Assembly: GCA_905178155.1 (NCBI GenBank)
Contig: CAJINV010000015.1
Coordinates: 1,175,495 to 1,239,494, forward strand
Direction of reading: 5' to 3'
DNA from: Amoebophrya sp. A120
Lineage: Eukaryota > Protista > Dinoflagellata
DNA length: 64,000 nucleotides
In this document: in pieces, positions 1 through 12,532 of the stretch
Numbering within the stretch: the first letter of the stretch is position 1
How the letters are laid out: each line of letters begins with the position of its first letter
Position numbers and translations under genes: made by a program
The notes under the pieces: generated by a model
Told to the model about the DNA's origin: nothing
Seen by the model: only the letters and a program-made list of their open reading frames with translations
Database searches by the model: none

Positions 1-3000
1 AGTAGGAACAACTCCCCGACACCGCTTCGTGCCACTTTCCTTTCTCCGCAATATCGCCCGCCAAGCCGAACCTCGCCACTTCGCCAACGACGCCTGCAAC
101 CCCGTTCATGAAGTTAACGGCGTGATTTAATCCTTTTTCAATGACATGTTTTCCATCGTCGTTTTTGTTCTTCAGGCCAAAGTGACCCTTCCACGCGCCC
201 ATCCGCACCTTACAGGAATCCCAGCAGTTTTCGTTCAAGTTCATCAGCGCCGGTGGTTTGGACACGTATCCTGAGTAAAAACGTACCCCCACCAGAGTTG
301 TAATGCAGATTTGCAAAGACAGGAAGACTTGTAATGCGCATCCCCATGAGAGCCATTTCCAGTCGTGTTTTGGAATTTGTGATGCTGTGAACAGGATGAG
401 CAGATGAATCTGTGATGCGGCTGCACTTGCTAACTTGCACTACCTTACGGACTGAAACTTGTCATGCGTGACTCCCAAAACTCCTAGGTTTGTGTTGCAA
501 AGTCCCCATCTTGACTCTGGTGTGGGTACGTTTTTACTCAGGATATCACGCAAACGTGGCTCATCCACCCCCCAAAGCTCCCGTCCGCATCCGGGCCATT
601 GTCGTGCTTCTGGGGGTATCAAATGTAAAAGTGTCTGGGTCTGGAAGATTCTGAGACTTGTCATGCATGTTTTGCATGACCCAGGATTGTGTGTGATGCA
701 TGCCCTACCATCACAGACTTTTAGAACCCTTCCTGATGCTTACTCCGCATGACAAACGCCCTCCCCGCGTAGCACAAACTAGACTCCTCTTGCTGGTCAT
801 GCAATACAGATTTTTTTAGAGTCCAAAGTTAGCATCACAAGTTCCAATCTTCCAGACCCAGACACTTTTGCATTTGATAGGGGGCCCTTGTAGGGATCGA
901 GAAAAACGTCGGGATTGGAGATCAGCTTCCAGGCGTTGGTCCCGAATTTCTTGATTGTGTTCCAAGTTTGTTTGATCGTGTTGACGGGGTCGGTGATCAT
1001 GTTGAAACCCCAGTCGACGACCGCTTTCGCGGCGTTTACTCCCGTCCGAACTATCCCGTCCATCGCACCGACCACCGTGCCCAACACGTATCCTGAGTAA
1101 AAACGTACCCACACCAGAGTCAAGATGGGGAATCGGCTAGACAAATCCACAAGTTTTGGCCGTTTTGCATGACAAATTTGGATTCGTAGTGTAGTGCTGT
1201 TTGAGCTAGCTCAGCAGCATCACAGATCTAGCATACCATGCTGATTGGATCATGACAAATTGCAAAACACGACTAGAAAATGCTTCTCATGGAGCTCCGC
1301 ATGAGAAACATTTTCAGCATGCAGATTTGCATTACAACTCTGGTGTGGGTACGTTTTTACTCAGGATAACACGGGCACCTTTTTCAGCCATCGGACGGCC
1401 GAGTTGTAGGCTTTGCCGATGGTATCCACTACGGGCTTGCCATATCCAGGAAAAAAAACTGTGTAAAGTGTAACTTTGTAGGAAGAGGAGCAGCGTCACA
1501 AATTCGTTTTGCATTACAGAGAAAACCTGTCATGCGCAGCTAGAACGTGGAAACACGTATAAAAGTAGCCTATGACGCACATCCAGCATGACAAGTGTAA
1601 ACAGTTTTGTACTTTCCGCATCACAGAGTTACACATACGCAGTTTTTTTCTTGCATATGACAACGTGTTTGTGTACCACGTCGACCACCGGCTTCACTAC
1701 CGCGTTGTCGTATGCATTGCAAATATGTCTGGGTCTCATCGAAGATCATTGCAATTTCTCATGCTAAATCCGAATCATGCAAAGATTTGTGTTGCATGAG
1801 TGCAGCCAAAATAAAGCTGTTCACTTTCGACCAAGTCGGGAGGGAATTTCCAATGCAGGATAGTCTGTCATGCTAGGTCCCGCATTCCAGACCTCGTGGG
1901 TCATATAAAACCTGCACGACAAGCTTACACTCTTCCAGACCCAGACATATTTGCGGTTGATATGTAGGCCGGCTTAACTACTTTGTTCGAGACCCAGTTG
2001 TATCAAATGTAAAAATGTCTGGGTCTGGAAGAATCCAACTTGTCATGCTGAATCTGAAACATGCAACAATCTGTGTTGCATGAGTACCAAAAGTCGTCCA
2101 GTTTTGACCAAGTCGGGAGGGAGTTTCTCATGCAGGATAGGCATGAGAGAGATCGCACAGAATCTGTCATGCTAGGTCCTGCATTCCAGACCTCATGGGT
2201 CATGGAAAAGCTCCATGACAAATCGCGCACTCTTCCAGACCCAGACATTTTTACATTTGATAAGTTGGCAGCGTCGCCTAAAAGGCCCCACTTCTTCCTC
2301 GCCTGCGTGTTCGTCCTGGCTTGTATCCTGATTAAAAACGTCCCCACACCAGAGTCAAGATGGGGACTTTGCAACACAAGCCTAGGAGTTTTGGGAGTCA
2401 CGCATGACAAGTTTCAGTCCGTAAGGTAGTGCAAGTTAGCAAGGAAAGCCGCATCACAAATCGATCTGCTGATCCTGTTTACAGCATTACAAGTTCCCAA
2501 ACACGATTGAAAATGCCTGTCATGGGGTTGCGCATCACAAATGTTCCTGTCATGGCAAATCTGCATGACAACTCTGGTGTGGGTACGTTTTTACTCAGCA
2601 TAGCTTGGGACCTTTGATTTGTCTCCAAATGCTCCTTCCCCGAAGTTCCGTGTTGTTGCTCATGCTCTTCCGCCTCAGTCATTGTCATTGTGGTTTCCGT
2701 TTCTGTTTCCAAAAATACTAAAGACCACAACCAGGAAGAGGAACTGCCAGATGGAGATGCGGTGGAGGGCGCAGGAGCTCCTGACATCTTCGTCCTGCCG
2801 TAGTCCTGCGAACCGCCCTGCGCGACAGGATCTTCTGCTGAGTCGACGTCTTGTTCCTGCTCCTCCGCGTCCAGATCAATCTCGAAAAAGGAATTGTCCA
2901 AATCCTGTTTGAGTCTCCATTGGTCCCACAAAACCTCCCCGGTTTCCGGGTCGTAGCCGACTCGGAGGTCACTCAGACTGAAATTCGCAGGCAGCAGAAC

Positions 3001-6000
3001 ATCTAGATCCGAATCTACTGCTTTTGTGCTGGTGTCCTCGTGAAGAGACAGCACGTCTTTACTTCCCGAACTGCCTCCGCCTCCAAACCGTTGCTGCAAA
3101 AAGCTCGTGAGGTGCTCCGCGGCTACAAGCGCCTCCTGTGATGTGGCTGCTCCAGTTCGACTTCTTGTTCCTTGTGCTCCGTCCTCGTGCTGTAGTACCG
3201 CGTAGAAGTCATCCTCTATCCTACTGTCTGTCTCTGGTGTAGTTATTCCCTCCACGTTGTCGACCCGGTCATCGTGGGTCCTCTTGTCGTCGTGTGGTGG
3301 GGGAGGTTTCTTGCGTCCCAGCAGTTCTTCCTGCCCCTGCAGCAGCTCTTCCGTGACCGACTGAAGTGTGGCTTTTTTTATCGTTCTTTTATTGTAGTTC
3401 TTCTTAACAACTACACCGGTCGTACTCTTCTCCTGCTCCTGCACGAAAGAAGTAGACCTAACCCCGTACAGCCTCCCCGGCAACGCGGCGTCCCATTTAG
3501 TGTCGTGCTTCCGAAACCGGGCACCGTAGGTCGTGGGGGTGTAGGGTCGCGACCACATGCGGGCGCAAACCCCGCCCGGCCCGCAGAACCCGCACTTTCC
3601 GCCTTCGCGGCAGCGCTTCCAACATATGGAGCTGTCAGGTTTGAAATCGTCAAAGTTGAAATAGTTTGTCATGCATAAAATGCAACGCAAAAGTTGCCTC
3701 TATTGCAGAGGACGCAAGGGAGGCAGATTGTAAGCCTGTTGCGGGGTAGAAATAGAGCTGCTAAAGTAGCATGACAGAAGGCGTCTTCCTTACCCAAACA
3801 GCATGACAAACTGGATTTCGGCTCTACCTAAATTTGTCATGCGCCACTTGGAAACCAGGCGCCAAGTGGTGTCCGTTTTATGCATCACAGATTATTTCAA
3901 CTTTGTCGATTTCAATCCTGACACTCCCATACAACACTCGTAATTCATATTCCGCACGCCCTCGGTGACGCTGGTGTCGCGAGGAAAAATCCTCCCTCCC
4001 CATATTGACAAGGTACGTTGTCGAAAATTTGCGTTGCTGATTTGTGCCCACAAATCGCGTCTGTCTTGCAAGAAGACAACTCCACGAGCTCCGCGGAAGT
4101 ATGCAGGCGGTTTTGTCATGCTGTTGGGCCTACAGTGCGGACGTTTTTCATGCTAAGTGCTTAGGCCAAAACCTGTCTACTCAGGCTTGATACAGGCCTG
4201 CAGTCCTCTCCAGCAAGACGAATTTGTTTGTGTACGCAAATCCAGCATGAGAAACTTCGTTTCCATATGGGGAGGGGGGATTTTTCCTTTTGATAGCTGG
4301 TGTCGAGGAGCTCCGCCGGGAGCTGGTTCTCTGCCAGCGTCATGTCCAGCTGGCAGCACTCCTGTTGAATGGCGTAGGCGGTATGGATTGCAAAAGCGTC
4401 TGGGTCTGGAAGATTCTGAGACTTGTCATGCACGGTTTGCATGAGCCATGATGTCTGTGATGCATGCCCTAGCATCACAGGTTCTTCAGGGGGTTCTTGA
4501 TGCCTATTCCGCATGACAAATGCCCTCCCCGCGTACTTAGCAAAAATTAGAATCCTTTTGCTGCTCATGCAACACAAATTTTTTAGGCATCCAAATGCAG
4601 CATCACAGGTTGCATTCTTCCAGACCCAGACACCTTTGCATTTCATAGGCGGTGATGGTATCATATTCTTCGTCGAACTGCTTTTGCGAGACCGTGTATC
4701 AAATGCAAATATGTCTGGGTCTGAAAGAGTTCGGACTCTGTCTTGCTGTTTTTGCACGACCCAGAAGCTATGGCATGCAACCAATAGCATCACAGGTTTT
4801 GAGGAGGTTCTCCAATGCCTATCTCGCATGAGAAGTTCCAGATTTTGATCACGACAAGTAGGCTATTACTATCTTTGCTATCCATGCATGACAGATTTTG
4901 CTCTGATCCAAAACGCGCAGCACAAGCTGCACCGTTCCAGACCCAGACATATTTATTTGCAGTTGATACCGTGGCGCTAAGATCCACGACCTCGGCGCTC
5001 GGATCGGCGCAAAAATTCTTCTTCGTCTGTGGATTTGCATCCGTTTTCGACGCTGCTCGGTCTTTCTCTGCCGTTTCCCTCTCGTACACGGTAGACTCCA
5101 AGAACAGCCGTTTGTATCAAGTGTAAAAATGTCTGGGTCTGGAAGAGTGCATGTTTGTCTTGCTTGTCTGGCATGACTCTTAAATCTGTCATGCACGTTT
5201 CCCAAGAGCTCCATTTTTCTGTGATGCAGAAGCGCAGTTTGTCATGCGGAATTGGCAACACCTAGAAGCTCAGAAACTTGTCATGCTGAGCCAGCACTTG
5301 TGGCCTCATCATGAGACGCCACCCAGCATCACAAGTTTCCAGACCCAGACACTTTTACATTTGATAGTTTGCACTCGATCGCAACGTTATCCACATCGGA
5401 GTTCTTGTATCAAATGTAAAAATGTCTGGGTCTGGAAGGATGCAACTTGTCATGCTAAATCTGAATCATGCAAAAATCTGTGTTGCATGATTACCAAAAG
5501 TCGTCCAGTTTTGAGCAAGTCGGGAGGGAGTTTCTCATGCAGGATAGACATGAGAGAGATCGCACAGAATCTGTCATGCTAGGCCCTGCATTCCAGACCT
5601 CACGGGTCATGGAAAAGCTGCATGACAAATCTGACAATCTTCCAGACCCAGACATTTTTACATTTGATATCTTGACATCAGCACTTCCGTAAATTTCGCA
5701 GTGCTGGTCCAGGTAACACGCCGTGGCGTTTTGCCCCCACAAACTGCAGACCTCGTCAAACTGGTCAACCTGTTCTGCAGTCACGCCTCCTTCCTTCTCG
5801 GGTTTCCCGATCTGCGCCCGCACATACCGTGTCGCTTTACAGAAGATTTTCTTCGCCGCATAGCCGGTCCCGTGCATGTTTTCGACGTCCTTGTAGCCTG
5901 ATCCTGCTGTATTTGTTCCTTGCTGCCCCCCGCCCGTCGTTGTTGTACTTATCATCCACGACCGCACCATGCAGTCATAGGGCTTCCACTCTTCGTTTTG

Positions 6001-9000
6001 CGCGTTTACCGCTGGGTCGTATGATCCGGTTGTATGGGGCACCGGTTCCATAGACTTGTGAAACAACAAGCACTCCTGCTTTTCACTGTTGTACACAAAC
6101 GCGATGCAGTCCTCTGTCTCACGCCCGGTGCTATCAAAAGGAAAAATCCCCCCTCCCCATATCGAAAATATATGCTTCCGGAAATTTGTGTTGCTGATTT
6201 GAGGTCACAAATCACATTGGTATTGCAAGAAGACAAGGGCAGAAGCTTCCGCCCCACTATGGAAGCGATTTGTCATGCTGTCTGGCCTAAAGGGGGGGCG
6301 TTTGCCATGCTGAACAACTAGACCCATAAGCCCCTACCTAGCCTGGGGATCTGGCCGCAGTGCCTCTGTGCAATACAAAGCTGATTTGTGGTCACAAATC
6401 AGCATCACAAATTTCTGTTTTGATATGGGGAGGGGGGACCTTTCCTCTTGATAGGTGCAGGCCTTTGCGCAGTCGTCCCTGCTTTCCACATTTTTGATCG
6501 GGTTGCTCGGCAGTTCGGGGTTTGTTGAAAAACCATCCGTTTTGCACTTGACGAGATTATTACCTTCTTTGTCAAGGCAGTGACACACGCCCTTCCCAAA
6601 CGACTCATAGGTGTCGGATTTGGTAGTCACCCGTACCTCTTGGGTATCTTTCACGATCGCTTTGAAACCGCAGAAGGTCAAGACGCCAGCTTCTACCTTG
6701 TTCAACCGGATTTTCTTCACGTTCGCTCGATTCACGTTGATCACGGTGCCCGCAAACTCGTCGCCCTTCATCGGGATGGAGCTCACCGAATCTGGCAGTT
6801 TGCCCACTTCATCCCACGACCCCGTTTCTCCTTTCACTTCCACCACTGTATTTTTCAGCTTGTCCGCCTCGTTCTCTTTGCTCCACAGGATGATCTGCTT
6901 TACATAGTACGACTTTCCACCCTTAATCGTGGCTGTCCAGGTCTTGCTTTCGGGTGTGTTCGTCTGCTTCCCCTGGTCATCCACAACTTTTTGGTCTTCT
7001 GTTTGCACACACGAAGTCTTCTTGGAAGGGTCGTTTGCATTCGTTACTGGCCCTAATTTGTCGTCGACTATCAACGCGTTCTCAGCATTTAAACCGCCTG
7101 AAGTGGTAGACTGTACCGCCTCCAGTTCGTCATTTCCCAAATACCGAATGATGTCCTCATGTTCAATATGCTCTTTTGTTGTCATCGTGGTCGTCCCACT
7201 GTCTGCAGCTTTATTTTGTTTTTCATCTACCTTGGCGCGCCCCGCCGAAGTTCTACTATGTCTACTATCGAGAAACGACGAAGAGCCTGTTTGAGCTTGT
7301 CCTGCGGGGGTGCCAGTTGTGCTACTAGTTGTCCCTACTGGAGCAGCAGCAGCTTCAATAAACTCCTCTCCGAATTTCTCCTTGGTCCACTCGTAGATTT
7401 TTTCTGCGGATAAATTATCCGAAGTCGCAGAAGCTTCACCGCCCGCTGGCACAGCTGACTCCGTTAAATTGTGCAATATGAACTGCAAAAGCGTCTGGGT
7501 CTGGAAGATTCTAAACTTGTAATGCTGTCTAGGGATTCTAGAAAATTTTGTATTGCATGGCCAGCAAGAGGACTCCAGTTTGTGCTACGCGGAAAGGGCA
7601 TTTCTCATGCGGTAGTGGCTTCTCAACGTCCTCTAAGAATCTGTAATGCTAGGGCATGAACGATAGACATCATGGATCATTCAAAATATGCATAACAAAC
7701 CTAGCAATCTTCCAGAACCAGACATTTTTGCAATTGATAAGCAACGCACGCAGCACATTGTCCGTGTCGGCGTCCACAATCCGGACGACGCCTGGCAGGT
7801 GGTTCAATGCTGATTGTACCAGGTGCTTCACGCAGGGAAACCCGTACACATTCGCCTTGTAGTCGCACCCTCTCTGCGGCAGCACCCCGACCAGCATGCG
7901 CCTCTTGTCCTGCATGGCATACTGGAACAAAACCCGGGTAAAGGCGTCGTCCCGAACACCCACGCGGGCGTCGTAGACGATGACCAACGGTTTTACCTCG
8001 TCCAGTTTTTTCAAGAGCTCGGTGTCTCTCGTGTCCTGTTCCGCTGGGTTGGCAGACAGCAAAGTTGATGTTGTTCCGGCGCTGCTGGTCGTAGTGCCGT
8101 CGCTGCCTTCCAAGAAGGAGCCTTCGGAATCCAAATCGCTTCCCGAACCATCTGGATCCGTACTTTCTGCGGGCTTTTTCGCTTTCACCAACCTCTCCAC
8201 TTCCCCCCACCCGATGGAATTCAGCTGCATGTTCCTGGCCCAGCCGGTTAAAAGGACCACCTGGCTGCCGTCATTTCCAATCGTTAAATTTTGGTACAGG
8301 TTGTGGGCGTCTAAACTGCTGGTGTCCGTGTCACCGAGTCGCGAGCGGTAGGCGGCGTAAAGTTTGCCGATCTCCTTGTAAAAAACCATCCGGGCGTTAT
8401 CCAGATCTGTGGCTGACAGCACAAAAATGTCGGAAAACAACTTGGTCAACACGTCCAGCTTGGGTAGCTGCCGTGCCTGATACGTGGCCTGCTGCAGTTG
8501 CTGCCGAGAAAACTGCCCCTGTTCGTTGACCGGCTTCAGGGGCGGCTCGACCAACATCGACAAGTACTCCGCTTTCGGCAGCGGCTTCGCGTTCGCCCGG
8601 GGCACGCACTTATCAAATGCAAATATGTCTGGGTCTGGAAGAATGCAAACTTCTCATGCATATTTTCCATGCATGCCCCATGACGTTTGGAATGCAGGAC
8701 CTAGCATGACAGAGTCAGTGAGGTCTCTGCCATGCCTATCCTGCATGAGAAACTCCCTCCCAACTTGGTCGAAAGAGGACAGCTTTTGGCAGTCATGCTC
8801 ATGCAACACAGATTTTTGCATGATTTGGTTTTAGCATGACAAGTTCCAATCTTCCAGACCCAGACATTTTTGCAATTCATAGCACTCGTACCGGCGCCAA
8901 TTCCCCAACTTCCCGTCGCAAAACCCCTTGGCCACCCCCCGCTTGCAACAGAGCCCCGCGCCGCAGAAGGGGCAGTTTCTGCCCTCCAGACAGCCGACCT

Positions 9001-12000
9001 GATCCGGATCGTCGGGCTTGGGCGGGCACTTCTTCCCCGCGTTCAGCACGTGCGACGCGGTTTGCAGCACGCGGTGGGGCAGAATCTGCATCTTCTGCTG
9101 CATGACCGCACCACCCTCCACCTGCGTGAAGTCTATCGTCATCGATTTTTTCACATCCCCCATGATCACCCAGGGCGCGAACCGCCACTCGGGGCGGCGG
9201 TAGGCCAGCAAATACTGCAGCGCCGTGGTCCGGTCGCCGCCCAGGGACACGTAGCGCATGTTATCCGCCATCAGGATCCGTTGCAACGCCCACTCGGACT
9301 TCATGCGTTCATATTCCGGCGACGTAGTCTTGTCCTTCAGTTGGTTCACAATCTCTTCCGCGGGCGTGTCCGCGGGCAGCGCCAGTTCCGGCCGGCCAAT
9401 TTGGTCCAAACGGTTGACGTTTTCCGGCAGGAAGAGCCTGAAGTCGTCGATTGTTTTTCCCCAGATGGGGAAGTCGTTGTTGTGCAGCCGGTAGGCCTTC
9501 TTCTTCGCCTCGGCCTTTTTGTGCTGCTCCTCGAAGAAATCCCCCCCCACCGTGACCATGGCCATCGCGGCAGAGATCAAATTCGAGGGGACCGAGAGGA
9601 CTTGCGCCATCGCGCCTTGGTCTTTCGACGCCGGCCGAAAGGCCTCGGCAATGGTGTTTTCGTACACGTAGCCCAAAAAATGCGGCGTGTTTTCGTCAAA
9701 ACTCCCTACACCGCCCTCCCCGGCCCCGGGCTGCGCGGTGTGCGCCAGTTTTGTATCCGGACACCGCACGTTCTCCGCGAGTCCCACCTCTTCGGGCAAA
9801 TGAAACGCGCCAAAACCCGGCGTGATCAGCGTTTCCGCCTGGGCCACCTGCGCGGGATCGCTAGTTGTACTGAGATGGTCTGCCAGGACGGTTGCGAGAA
9901 TGATTCCCGCGACTATCTGAGCCATAAATATCGGGTTCATGGCCACGAAAAACAACGCGGCAGTCGCGCACGCAATCATGAAGATGGTGGCTGCGACGTT
10001 GAGAACCTTGCCCATAACGCTCCCCAAACCCGCACCGAAACCGTGAAGAAAATCCGCTTCGCCCCCCTTAATGAAGCCGAGCACCGCGTTTCTCTTCTGA
10101 TCGGTCAGCATGCCTTTTCCGGTCTCGTCGAGCTTGTCCTTTTGCAGTTCCTTATCTGCCTGGTCGAAGAAGTCCTTTTTCATCAGAAACAGAAACAACC
10201 TAGACCGTGCGTCGGTTGACAGGATTTCGGACAAATCTTGATTAATTTTTCGCCACTTCTTGTGTTGCTCCGAGTTTTCCTTTGAGCGCAAGACGCTGTC
10301 TTCCCCCACATCCACGTCGGTCACCTTGGCAAACGCGATGGCGATCGAAAAGGGGTTCATTTCTAAAAACTTTCCGACCGCGCGCGTAAACGAGTCTTTC
10401 CGGATACAGTTCTCCGGGCTCTTGTGTCGGAAGCAGCTGAAAAACAACACCGCGGGCGCGTGCTCAAACTTCGCTGCCATTCGCAGATGCCCCAGGTATT
10501 CGTCAAGCCTGGTGGGGGAAAACGGGTGCGACCGCGTGACCCAATTTTCCTCTGTGAAGCCCTCTTCATACCCAGTAGCGGTGACAAATGTGGCTTTCAC
10601 CTGCCTGGTATGCAGTGCAAAAGCACCGCATTGAAACTGCACTACAAATTTTTCCAAGAAAGAAATGGAATTTGTCATGCGGTTTCAGGTAAAATCGAAA
10701 TAGGAGCCCTAAAATTGCTAAATCCTAAAACCCTAACTACGTCGGCCGCGGAACATGGTACTAAAAGTAGGTCTGTCAGGTTGCAAGAGCAGCATTATAA
10801 GTACAAGTGCGATACAACAACTTTTACACGGGATACCTGGGCTCTTGCCCCTCCCCCATCGGTCGGGGCTGGCGGTAGTAGAGCCGGGAGATTTCGTCGT
10901 CCTGGTTCGACATGGAACCGTGCTTCCACTCGTACTGGTGCGGGAACCGGTGCGTCAGCACGTAACCGATCCACTTGTGCAAGATGCGGCCAACATCCTG
11001 CAGGTGGTGGGGATTATTGATTTCCTTTCCGTCGTTGTCGTACAAGTCCCATTGCAGCTCGTACAACCCGGCGGAGAAAATCGACAGGAGCCGCTCCCCG
11101 CCGTTGTTCATGTGGACCTTCTCTTCCTTGTGCGGCTCGCAACAGTCCGAGGGAAAGTGCATGTGATTCTTCGTGTCGTCCGGACACCGCTTGTGACCGT
11201 GCACCCACTGGTTCAGATTAGCAAACCCGTCGTTTTTTTCGTGCACATCTGTGTCGCAGTTCTGAATCAATTCTTTGGAATTGTCGGAAAACGGGCCATC
11301 CGCTATTTTGTACTCCTTCGCCGTCTCCCAGCTGCCGCCACGTATCTCCGGCGGATTCACGCCCCGCCAGCCCGGCCCCCGCAGATACCGCACACAGCCG
11401 ATATGGCTGCCCCAGACCCCCAAGTGTCCATGCCTGACCCAGCAGTAGTCCTCAAAATTGCCCGCGGTGTCGTCAACACTGCCGCCAAATTCCAGAGTGC
11501 CCTCGAAGATCGAGTTGTGCGGGCGGAACCACTTTCGGTTGTTGAAGCTTTCTTCACTTTCCGTTTCTCCCTCCTCCAGAAAGGAATGCGTCTCATTGTT
11601 AATCTGCAGCGCAATCACTTCCCGCTGGCGCTCGAATTCGTCCTTGTCGTCGTGTACCGTCGCCCGGTATGCACTGCAAATACGTCTGGGTCTGGAAACT
11701 TGTGATGCAAGTCAGGGAGTAATCAGCGCACTGTAATGCACTGCCAGGCATGACAGGCTTTGGCTTTTGCGTGGTTCTGCGACGGAGTTGCCTTGCGTAT
11801 TCCGCATGAGAAACTGGGTTTTTGAATGACAGGCAAGAGGAAGGCTTCGCGGCCGTGCAATACAAAGCACAGGGTCATGCCAGACAAGCATGCCAAATCT
11901 CGCAGTCTTCCCGGCGACCCAGACTACATATTTGCAGTGAATACCCGGTCCCGCGCACTCCACACCCGCTCGAGCAGCGTGCGTGGCTTCGCATAGGCGA

Positions 12001-12163
12001 AGTAGTAGGTTGTGGTACGGAAGACGTCATTAGGCGGATCATATTGTCGGAGGACCACGTGGGAGAGATCGTAGCTCAATTGCTGCCAGATGAGAAGATC
12101 ACAGAGACGGAAAATTCGTAGGCTGGAGCGGGAAGATGAAGGAAAAGGATACGAACGACGCAT
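1..12163 (-). CDS. Gene 1: giant (>2,400 aa, runs off the left edge) probable surface/adhesin-like protein with F-type-lectin/discoidin-like, PAN/Apple-like and repeated Cys-rich modules and a hydrophobic membrane region; 18 introners
   Basis: ATG at 12163 (MRRSYPF...). Removing 18 elements plus one TSD each joins ORF-track pieces 11924, 10824, 8831, 7670, 6334, 5491, 4790, 2479 and 797 and the micro-exons into one stop-free frame of 7,204 nt. Example junctions: RDR|ATVH, EPR|QVK, YEC|VPR, KACT|GRET. Domain calls are by motif recognition only. Confidence 0.88.
267..545. mobile_element. Introner, family B (TIR TATCCTGAGTAAAAACGTACCC)
   Basis: TSD acacg/tcacg; frame restored. Confidence 0.9.
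617..879. mobile_element. Introner, family A (TIR TATCAAATGYAAAARTGTCTGGGTCTGGAAG)
   Basis: TSD ggggg; frame restored. Confidence 0.92.
1089..1368. mobile_element. Introner, family B
   Basis: TSD acacg; frame restored. Confidence 0.92.
1443..1657. mobile_element. Introner, family D (TIR TATSCAAGAAAAAAACTG)
   Basis: TSD tgcca/tgaca; frame restored. Confidence 0.88.
1711..1962. mobile_element. Introner, family A
   Basis: TSD tgtcg/tgtag; frame restored. Confidence 0.88.
2001..2262. mobile_element. Introner, family A
   Basis: TSD agttg; frame restored. Confidence 0.93.
2324..2602. mobile_element. Introner, family B (opposite orientation to 267)
   Basis: TSD gcttg; frame restored. Confidence 0.93.
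3625..3931. mobile_element. Introner, singleton family (TIR TATGGAGCTGTCAGGTTTGAAATCGTCAAAGTTGAAATA)
   Basis: TSD caaca; frame restored (YEC|WKRC). Confidence 0.9.
3975..4295. mobile_element. Introner, family C (TIR TATCAAAAGGAAAAATCCCCCCTCCCCATAT)
   Basis: TSD gctgg; left end is TGT instead of TAT; frame restored. Confidence 0.9.
4382..4647. mobile_element. Introner, family A
   Basis: TSD ggcgg; frame restored. Confidence 0.92.
4697..4968. mobile_element. Introner, family A
   Basis: TSD ccgtg; frame restored. Confidence 0.92.
5115..5366. mobile_element. Introner, family A
   Basis: TSD gtttg; frame restored. Confidence 0.92.
5408..5669. mobile_element. Introner, family A
   Basis: TSD tcttg; frame restored. 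Confidence 0.93.
6132..6453. mobile_element. Introner, family C, splitting the PAN/Apple-like module
   Basis: TSD ggtgc; frame restored. Confidence 0.93.
7477..7739. mobile_element. Introner, family A
   Basis: TSD tgcaa/agcaa; frame restored. Confidence 0.9.
8611..8881. mobile_element. Introner, family A (opposite orientation to 5408)
   Basis: TSD gcact; frame restored. Confidence 0.93.
10609..10835. mobile_element. Introner, diverged F-like
   Basis: TATGCAGTGCAAAAG...CTTTTACACGGGATA; TSD cctgg; frame restored. Confidence 0.87.
11668..11943. mobile_element. Introner, family A
   Basis: TSD cccgg; frame restored. Confidence 0.9.
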
Positions 12164-12355
12164 GATGTCTGTTAAAAAATTTTGAAAGCCAAACAAAGCG
12201 CAAGCAGAACTTTTTACGGAAATAAAGTGCAGAGGTGTGATTATGTCGAGCCTTTGCGATAGGAGCACAAGTAGACGCTACGCCAGCGTAAGTAGTAAAA
12301 AAATCTTTACTATAGTAGCGTCAGCTCAACGCTGGACGACAATGCGCTTCGGCCT

Positions 12356-12532
12356 TATCACACAGAAAAAAGCTGGCAGGGCATATTTGTAATGCAAAAA
12401 TAAATACACAAAAAAATCTGTATTGCATATCCGAAACAGCATGCTATGGGGCCACCCATAGCAAATTTTTCTGTGTATCTGTATTTATTTTTGCATTACA
12501 AATATGCCCTGCCTGCTTTTTTCTCTGGGATA
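12356..12532. mobile_element. TAT..ATA element with ~53-bp TIR, upstream of gene 1 (5' UTR or intergenic)
   Basis: TATCACACAGAAAAAAGCTGGCAGGGCATATTTGTAATGC...GCATTACAAATATGCCCTGCCTGCTTTTTTCTCTGGGATA; TSD ggcct. Confidence 0.88.

Noticed and set aside
617-8881. CRISPR-like array of GTCTGGGTCTGGAA repeats
   Set aside because: The repeats come as inverted pairs about 250 bp apart with TSDs, spacing is irregular, and there are no cas genes.
8870-11705. Long plus-strand ORFs (8870-10219, 10755-11705; also 28228-29265)
   Set aside because: Antisense shadows of GC-rich minus-strand exons; the minus frame is the one continuous across element junctions.
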